In this document: one piece after another, positions 57,626 through 64,000 of the stretch
How positions within the stretch are numbered: position 1 is the first letter of the stretch
Layout: every line of letters begins with the position of its first letter
Assembly (NCBI GenBank): GCA_963169855.1
Contig: CAUJCN010000002.1
Span: 197,508-261,507, forward strand
Source of the DNA: Patescibacteria group bacterium
Lineage (GTDB): Bacteria > Patescibacteriota > Dojkabacteria > J137
Direction: 5' to 3'
Length of the DNA stretch: 64,000 nt
Notes under the pieces: model-generated
Told to the model about the DNA's origin: nothing
Databases searched by the model: none
The model's input: only the letters and a program-made list of their open reading frames with translations
Translations under genes and position numbers: made by a program

Positions 57626-59488
57626 TTAGTAGCTAATCTCGTAATCTTCGTTTTCTAGACGCAAATCTTGAATATGATCCTTAAGGAAGTTGAATGTTTG
57701 CTCTGCCTTCATTTCTTTATTTCTTAGAAGCTCATCAGCAAACGATTGAATTAATGATTTATGCTCACCTACAAGCTTTTCAGCTTCCCATTTTGATTCA
57801 GAAGCCATTTCTTGCAAGTACGAATTTGTTTTTTCGAAGTCAGTGTCATAATTTTCGCTATGCATTTCTGTGACCGGTTTGACAGATGTATTAACTCTAT
57901 CGTCTAGACCGAACTTTCTAATATAGTTTGCAATAAGACTTGTGGCTCTTTCGATATCTGATTGACTTCCGGCAGAAACCTTTTCTTCTCCCATGAATAG
58001 TTTTTCGGCCGCCATTCCAGCATATAGAACAATTAACTTCTTCTTCACATTTTCTTTAATATTAACAATCTGATGCGGGAACACAAAACCAGAGATACTG
58101 TTTGACGACGAATTCACCACAACTTGCATTGGAGCGATTTTAAATAGCTCTGAATAAAGAACTGCATGAGCCGCTTCGTGAATTGCTGTAACTTTTCTAT
58201 AAATCTCACTTTTACTTGTTCTTATTCTGTCTAATGTTCCTTGATATGAAATCTCTGAGAAAACAGAGTCTGAATTGTCCTTCCCTACGATTTGCTGTGC
58301 TTTTTCATTGTAAGAAAGATGGATTGTATTCACATTTATTTTTAGAGCTTGAGCAAGAATCATTGCTACTTTATTTTCAACAATTTCTGTAATAGTACTG
58401 AATAATGGTCTTGTTCCTTGAACTGGGAAAACACCGTTCTTGTAAATTAAGTTATGAATTGTTTGATCGAACGAAACTTCTACTCTAAAAGACTCACTAA
58501 TTTTTTCTGCTATCTTTTTAAGTCTTTCGGAAATAATTCTTTTATATGCACTTTCACTTAAACTTGGATAAATTATATGAGTGTTACCTAATCTACTTAT
58601 TTGTTCAGGTTTAAATCTTAAAGACAATGCCTCTTTAATTTTAATTACGTTGATTTGTTTGGTTTGTGCATGAAAAATATCCGCATCTACATCAGCTTGA
58701 TCGGCCTCTGCAGCCATTTCATAGGCTTCGTCTAAGTTTCCACTAATAATTACTAGTGATTTAGAAAAATCAGCCTCCTTAAGAACTGATTTTGTACTGA
58801 ACTTTTCAAAAACTAAATCATATAGTGTTGAAGCAGTGAATGTTTTTATGACTTCGATATCAAGCGGTAAATCTACAACGTTCTTTAATTTGCTAAGATC
58901 CCAACTACTCAATCTTAGTTTTGGCGGTGCTTCACCAGCTGCTTTTGCTCTTTCTTCACTTTCTCTTTCAGAATCAAGCATCGAAAGAATCGAGTAAAGC
59001 TCCATTACTGAATCCTTTACAGCAAATTTACCATCACTCAAAAGTTCCCAGAAATCTCCAAATTTTGTTTCGAAAATATCTTTTCCTTCTTGATCAATTG
59101 TTCTAAATTTCTGAATTTCGTCAAAGAAAATTATGTTTGGCTGCGATGGGTCTACAGACGTTATTCTTATTGCTTCGGCAACTGTAGACATATATCTATT
59201 GTAGCCTGCGTCTCCGTTCGTTAGAGTTATCTCTGTGAATCTTTCTCTTAAGTCCAGAAAGTCGACAAGTTTTCTAACCAAATCAGTTTTTCCGACTCCA
59301 GTTAATCCCCACAAATTTATTACAACTGGACGTGTAATAATTTCTGGCATTACATACCAGACGTATAAAGAATCAATTAGTAGATCAATTTGTTCGTCTA
59401 TTCCGAAAAATAAATTCTTCAAGTAAGATCTAGCACTGTTTAATTTTTCTTCTTGTGAGATTCTCTCGTTCATAAATCGATTATACAA
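57626..59488 (-). CDS. soluble AAA+ ATPase fused to peptidase M41 (FtsH-like) domain
   Basis: GLTGVGKT, FFDEIQK, FKPEQISRL, GTRPL; HEAAH...YAGMAAE...GSQSDIERAT. Confidence 0.85.
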   Translation of the reverse strand: MYNRFMNERISQEEKLNSARSYLKNLFFGIDEQIDLLIDSLYVWYVMPEIITRPVVINLWGLTGVGKTDLVRKLVDFLDLRERFTEITLTNGDAGYNRYMSTVAEAIRITSVDPSQPNIIFFDEIQKFRTIDQEGKDIFETKFGDFWELLSDGKFAVKDSVMELYSILSMLDSERESEERAKAAGEAPPKLRLSSWDLSKLKNVVDLPLDIEVIKTFTASTLYDLVFEKFSTKSVLKEADFSKSLVIISGNLDEAYEMAAEADQADVDADIFHAQTKQINVIKIKEALSLRFKPEQISRLGNTHIIYPSLSESAYKRIISERLKKIAEKISESFRVEVSFDQTIHNLIYKNGVFPVQGTRPLFSTITEIVENKVAMILAQALKINVNTIHLSYNEKAQQIVGKDNSDSVFSEISYQGTLDRIRTSKSEIYRKVTAIHEAAHAVLYSELFKIAPMQVVVNSSSNSISGFVFPHQIVNIKENVKKKLIVLYAGMAAEKLFMGEEKVSAGSQSDIERATSLIANYIRKFGLDDRVNTSVKPVTEMHSENYDTDFEKTNSYLQEMASESKWEAEKLVGEHKSLIQSFADELLRNKEMKAEQTFNFLKDHIQDLRLENEDYEISY

Positions 59489-59494
59489 TTTATT

Positions 59495-60460
59495 TTAGCG
59501 AGTTGTTACTTCTGAAGGATCTATAAATCTTTCAATTAGTGAGTGGAATTGTTCCGCCAGCTGTTCAATTAATTCTTCCTTTGAAATTTCCTTTTGAAGA
59601 TATCGTTTTAAAACAGGAGCTCCTTTTTCAATCTCAGAATAAAGTTGCACCCAGCGATCGCGCCTCGACGGATCCTTTTCATAAAGCTTTCTATAGTGTT
59701 CTAAATTCTTTGAAGGTGACATTCCAAAAACTAATACATCATTCAAGGAGTAAACTATCACTTCTTCGATAAAGTAAGAAAACGTAGCTTTATAAATGGC
59801 CTCGATAGTTCTATCAAATTCTGGGAAATGTTTTTCAAAATATACTGCTGGATTAAGTTCTTTATGAGTAAATTCGTGAGCTAAAATTAGTAGAGAATTG
59901 TTGAAATTACTTTTAGTATTTCCAGTAGTAGAAACTTGAGCGACAATTCCCTCCCCATTTGCACCACCTTGAGAAGAGTTTGGATCAGGAGAATAGGTTA
60001 TATATGCTGGTAAAACTCCACTTTTTGGAGTTGTTTCGAAAACTTCTGTAAAAATCAGAATGTTTTTTTGAGTTGTTAAATTGTTAAACTGTCTTTCTAG
60101 TTCTACTGATGTTTCTTGAATTGTTGGGAGAACAGACTCGAGCTCCTCTTTTAAAGTTTTCCCATCTTTTCTTTTGGCTTCTGCAATCGCAACTAAATGT
60201 TCTAACAACTGAGAAAATTTATCGTTTTCAGGAAATCCAGAGTAAGCCCAATTTAGTAATTCAGCTTCCTGATCCCATCCAAGCTCTGCTTTAATTCTTG
60301 CGTATTCTGACAAGTGCTGCTGGACTTCATCTGTAATTTGATAATTGGCAGTAAAGTATCTTGGAATATGTGGGCCAACAAAATAATCCCATTTAGAAGC
60401 ACCGTTTATGAAATCAACTAAAAGTACATTGTAGTTTGTTCTTACGTCAAGCGTTCGCAT
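59495..60460 (-). CDS. HExxH metallopeptidase-like hypothetical protein
   Basis: LAHEFTH with downstream EE. Confidence 0.6.
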   Translation of the reverse strand: MRTLDVRTNYNVLLVDFINGASKWDYFVGPHIPRYFTANYQITDEVQQHLSEYARIKAELGWDQEAELLNWAYSGFPENDKFSQLLEHLVAIAEAKRKDGKTLKEELESVLPTIQETSVELERQFNNLTTQKNILIFTEVFETTPKSGVLPAYITYSPDPNSSQGGANGEGIVAQVSTTGNTKSNFNNSLLILAHEFTHKELNPAVYFEKHFPEFDRTIEAIYKATFSYFIEEVIVYSLNDVLVFGMSPSKNLEHYRKLYEKDPSRRDRWVQLYSEIEKGAPVLKRYLQKEISKEELIEQLAEQFHSLIERFIDPSEVTTR

Positions 60461-61011
60461 TACTTTCCTCCTAATCTTACGTATTTTATGTAAGCAATTA
60501 TTAATTCATAAGCTTCGAATGCTGGAACTAAAATTGGATCTTTGTTTTCAACCATACTTTTAAATTCCTCAAACGAAAACCATTTTAATCCATCGACTTC
60601 ATCATTTTTTATATCAAGATTAAAATCGTAATTACCAAGATCAATAAATGTATGTATGAATTCGTTTTCAACGATCCCCTTTTCTGAATCAGAAAATCCA
60701 CCTCTTACAATTCCCTGCAAAAATAGTGTATCAATATTAATATCTATTCCTAATTCTTCTTTTGCTTCTTTGATTGCTGTAGAAACTGGATCTGAGCCAG
60801 CGTCAATGTGACCTGAGACTGGTGCAATCCAAAGATTAGGAAAAAGTTTTTTCAACGGAGTTCTTTTTTGTAGAAGAATATCATTGTTTTCGTTGATAAA
60901 CCAGACATGAGAAGAAGCATGCCAATCACCATCTCTATGAACTTCTGAACGATTTTTTATAGCTTCTGTTGGTCTTCCAAATTTATCGTAAAGTGTTAGA
61001 TTGTCGTCCAT
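60460..61011 (-). CDS. NUDIX hydrolase (IPP isomerase-like)
   Basis: HRDG.WH, LLQKR...K..FP..W, GHIDAG...AIKEAKEELGI. Confidence 0.9.
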   Translation of the reverse strand: MDDNLTLYDKFGRPTEAIKNRSEVHRDGDWHASSHVWFINENNDILLQKRTPLKKLFPNLWIAPVSGHIDAGSDPVSTAIKEAKEELGIDINIDTLFLQGIVRGGFSDSEKGIVENEFIHTFIDLGNYDFNLDIKNDEVDGLKWFSFEEFKSMVENKDPILVPAFEAYELIIAYIKYVRLGGK

Positions 61012-61046
61012 TTTGATGTGTTAAATAGAATTATTCTATCACAACC

Positions 61047-61550
61047 TTACGGAGTTAAAGTGTAACCGAATACCCCTTTTGAATAGTACAAGTCGCCCCT
61101 TTTTTCGATCACAATATATGCTTGAGCATTGTAGTAAACTGAAATATTTGGATCTGTAATTTCTCCTCTGTATGTAATGTTACCTTCAATGTATTGATTA
61201 GGCTCTCCAGGTATAAATAATTTCCAGACAGTGAAGTTCTGAAAAATTCTGTCGAAGTTTAAGTAACAATAAGGTTCCCCAGGGCTCATGAAAAAGTACT
61301 GTCCTACCCAAGGATAAGATGTGATTAACGCTTCTGGACTTTCGTGACCAATTTGGAATACAGTGTTTCCATTCAAATTGAATAATCCTGGCGCATCGTT
61401 AAAATATTTATCACATACTTTATCTGGACCTGTAATTTCCAAAATTGCTGGCAACCAATAGTCTTTTGTAACAACGAACAGGAAACAACAGGAAGAGGCA
61501 ATGCAACATGCGATTAGAATGACGAAAACAAAGATAAATGGAACTTTCAT
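61047..61550 (-). CDS. membrane-anchored hypothetical protein
   Basis: N-terminal Cys-rich TM. Confidence 0.65.
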   Translation of the reverse strand: MKVPFIFVFVILIACCIASSCCFLFVVTKDYWLPAILEITGPDKVCDKYFNDAPGLFNLNGNTVFQIGHESPEALITSYPWVGQYFFMSPGEPYCYLNFDRIFQNFTVWKLFIPGEPNQYIEGNITYRGEITDPNISVYYNAQAYIVIEKRGDLYYSKGVFGYTLTP

Positions 61551-61591
61551 AATTATTTGATAACTAGTTTATGAGTACTAAATAGTGTACA

Positions 61592-61972
61592 TTACAAAGT
61601 TGCGTATAAATCGCATTTGTATCCATCGGGATCTTCCACAATACAATATCTCTGCCCCCAAAAAGCATCCCATGGTTCTTTGAAAATTGCAAATCCTGAT
61701 GATTTAATCTTTTCCGCAACTGAATTTAGTTCTTCTACAGAATCGTATTGGATTGCAAAGTGAGAATGATTACTTGGTTTTGGTTCTTCTCCTAATATTT
61801 CTGTAATCAATTTCTTGGAATCAATCATCAGTCTAGCATAACCTTCTGGTGTTTCTGGTTCTAGATGATCTTCGTCTTCTTTGTATTCTGGAAATTTGAA
61901 GCCAAGAATTGTGTAGAATTCTACAGTTCTCTTAAGATTGCTTGAGCAGACTCCAATTGCGTTTAGTTTCAT
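61592..61972 (-). CDS. VOC/glyoxalase family protein
   Basis: FY..LGF, PWDAFWGQRY..VEDPDG. Confidence 0.92.
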   Translation of the reverse strand: MKLNAIGVCSSNLKRTVEFYTILGFKFPEYKEDEDHLEPETPEGYARLMIDSKKLITEILGEEPKPSNHSHFAIQYDSVEELNSVAEKIKSSGFAIFKEPWDAFWGQRYCIVEDPDGYKCDLYATL

Positions 61973-62018
61973 ATATTTATTATACGATCGTAGTTGGAAA
62001 AAGGAAACTTAGTAAGAA

Positions 62019-62136
62019 AGCCGGTGGGTTATTAGAAAATTTCCAATAACACTATTGCTCAGCTTACCAAATATCCCACGGGATACTGGAATCGCTGGAC
62101 CTAAAATTCTGTGTTGAAACTCTGTGGCCACCGGCT
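62019..62136 (-). ncRNA. candidate 118-nt structured small RNA
   Basis: 9-bp terminal stem AGCCGGTGG/CCACCGGCT, two internal arms with G-U pairs favouring the minus strand, TATAAT 6 nt upstream. Confidence 0.6.
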
Positions 62137-62274
62137 AAATTAATTATAACTTCAAGGAAAAGAATTAGTCCAGAATTTTGTTCCAATCTTCTTATGAAAT
62201 AGAAGTATCCAAACTTTTAGCTTTTTACGTTTACATCGTCTATACTTATAGAATTCTATTTTATTCGAAATATT

Positions 62275-62796
62275 ATGAATCTAGCCATCCTCTCAGTTTT
62301 AGTTTGTGAAATTCTTCTTATCTTATTTGCAGGTTATTTGGTAATTTCCTGGATTAGCCAAACTCCGTTCTATCCTTCTTCAACGAGTAAATTGGACAAA
62401 GTTTTAAAAGATCCTTCATTGAATCTTCCAGAACACATCAATTTTGTAGATATTGGATCTGGGGACGGAAGGTTCGTTATCTGGGCAGCCAAGAAAGGTT
62501 TTAACGCGGAAGGAATCGAATACAATCCCTTTTTATCGCTTTATAGCCGTTTTAAAATATTTGTTTGGAGACTTAAAAATGCGGTGATTCATAATAAAGA
62601 TTTCAAAAAACACGACTTTAGCAAGTACAATTTTGCTTACCTGTACATCTTTTCCGAACATATGGATGGAATTAAGGAGAAATTATTCTCAGAAATGTCC
62701 GAAGGAAGTGTGATTATCACCAACAGCTTTAAGTTTGGGGATTTGCATCCAGATGCTAAAATAGACAAGTATAATATCTACTACGTTAAGAAATGA
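62275..62796 (+). CDS. class I SAM-dependent methyltransferase with N-terminal TM
   Basis: PFYPS, DIGSGDGR, GIEYNP, ITNSF. Confidence 0.9.
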   Translation: MNLAILSVLVCEILLILFAGYLVISWISQTPFYPSSTSKLDKVLKDPSLNLPEHINFVDIGSGDGRFVIWAAKKGFNAEGIEYNPFLSLYSRFKIFVWRLKNAVIHNKDFKKHDFSKYNFAYLYIFSEHMDGIKEKLFSEMSEGSVIITNSFKFGDLHPDAKIDKYNIYYVKK

Positions 62797-63374
62797 GACT
62801 TTTTATAGGATTATTCCCACCACAAAGTTTTCTTCGGTTTGTTACGGAGACAATGCGTGAGTTCGACAAGGAAAAGAGAAATTTGAATAACATTCCTTTG
62901 GAACAAATTCATTTGACGCTTAAATTTATAGGTTCCGAAGTGAGCCTGGAAACTTATGACGAAATTTATGATCTTTTGAAAAGATTTGAAGGCCAATATA
63001 CTAAGCCTGAAATCTCGGTTAATAAAGTTCGATTGGGATTCCCTGGGCAAATCGATCCTAGACATTTAATTCTGGATATCGAATCAACAGATACTCTTTT
63101 GGAGCTTTCAAATTCTTTACATAAATTGATTAAACATCTTGGCTTAAGAGATACTATTCGATGGAAAGATAAACAGTTCAATGAATTCCATGTTTCCATT
63201 TCGAAATTGAAGGACAGTGCCTCTTCTACAAAAGGTAAAGATATTAAAAGAATTTGCGAAACTTTAAAAACTCCTATTCCAGAATCGTTCTACCCCGAAG
63301 AAATGCTTTTAATGGAAAGCGTGTTAATAAATGGAGTTCCTAAATACAGAAAACTTGCGAGTATAAAGTTGTAA
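62793..63374 (+). CDS. thpR: RNA 2',3'-cyclic phosphodiesterase (2H phosphoesterase)
   Basis: MRLFIG, HLTLKFIG, FHVSI, LMES.L...P.Y. Confidence 0.88.
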   Translation: MRLFIGLFPPQSFLRFVTETMREFDKEKRNLNNIPLEQIHLTLKFIGSEVSLETYDEIYDLLKRFEGQYTKPEISVNKVRLGFPGQIDPRHLILDIESTDTLLELSNSLHKLIKHLGLRDTIRWKDKQFNEFHVSISKLKDSASSTKGKDIKRICETLKTPIPESFYPEEMLLMESVLINGVPKYRKLASIKL

Positions 63375-63480
63375 AGTTTTTCAGCCTTTTTGAATATTTC
63401 GAGACTGTAAGCTAATCTATCTTAATCTTTCTGACTCTCTTTACATTCGAATGCTACTTCGTTGACATACCCAATCTCTG

Positions 63481-63954
63481 CTATTTTGAAACAACTGTAG
63501 CAAGTCCATTAAAATTGATCCGTAGCGTATCTAGATCCGCTCTTTGTAAATAGTTCTCTAAATCAGATAATGGGTCGACTGTGAAAAAGGATTTTTTAAG
63601 TATATCGAAGTACAGGACCACAAGATGCCTACTGCCTAAAACTTCATGTTGAATAGAAATCATGGCATAGCTATTCGAAACATTGGTTAAGAACCTGCAT
63701 ACTGTTGATAAATCCACACCTATAAGAGCTTCTGCTCGTAAATCAAAAACTTCGAAAAGTTGACTTGATATTCTATGGTCATATCCTCCCAATATACTAA
63801 ATGCCGGTACAAGATTTTCATCAGGATCGCTAACATAAAAATTTTGTGTATAAATAGAGTCAGCTGGTCCTAAAGTAATATCCAGTACCTCATTGCCCTC
63901 TAGGTATCTAGCCTTTGCCACTCTCACATTATTTTTGTGGAGTCCTGCTAACAT
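63481..63954 (-). CDS. hypothetical protein (start may lie further upstream)
   Basis: 157-aa ORF. Confidence 0.55.
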   Translation of the reverse strand: MLAGLHKNNVRVAKARYLEGNEVLDITLGPADSIYTQNFYVSDPDENLVPAFSILGGYDHRISSQLFEVFDLRAEALIGVDLSTVCRFLTNVSNSYAMISIQHEVLGSRHLVVLYFDILKKSFFTVDPLSDLENYLQRADLDTLRINFNGLATVVSK

Positions 63955-64000
63955 TATAGCTATTTGCTTTGGTGTAACAGTACTTGCTAGCTCAGAAACC

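Noticed and set aside
62019-62136. 5S rRNA or SRP RNA call
   Set aside because: Size fits, but the conserved internal motifs are missing; kept only as an unknown ncRNA candidate.
1-64000. Alternative genetic code (UGA=Gly as in Gracilibacteria/Absconditabacteria)
   Set aside because: Conserved genes are intact under code 11, and TGA serves as a stop (e.g. at 4122 and 31335).

Overview
Low-GC bacterial chromosomal segment. The gene content (pilin-like Cys-rich proteins, four-helix-bundle gene with 7-mer repeats, NDT-regulator, degenerate metabolic enzymes) suggests a CPR/Patescibacteria genome, possibly Dojkabacteria; this is inferred and not proven. About 60 CDS, including housekeeping genes nusA, pnp, rsmA, murJ, murG, yhaM, trhO, asnB and thpR, plus tRNA-Glu(CTC) and two tandem tRNA-Gln(TTG). 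No CRISPR, integrase, transposase or reverse transcriptase was seen. The main candidate novel system is an accessory nucleotide/base-modification locus downstream of tRNA-Glu (3.0-15.0 kb). It contains an operon (YqcI/YcgG-like Cys enzyme, guanylate-kinase-like, CYTH, nucleoside-deoxyribosyltransferase-like, UDG/MUG-like), a divergent regulator built on an inactive NDT domain with a repeat-covered promoter, a Mom-like GNAT plus CYTH pair, and a second GNAT-CYTH-EVE module. Other notable items: a ~370-nt and a 118-nt structured non-coding element, a tRNA-Gln copy with a 19-nt palindrome in its T-loop, an ABC-F leader-peptide attenuator, a PGK pseudo-enzyme, tandem multi-winged-helix paralogs and a PemK-sortase chimera. 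All protein family calls come from motif recognition by eye, without database searches.
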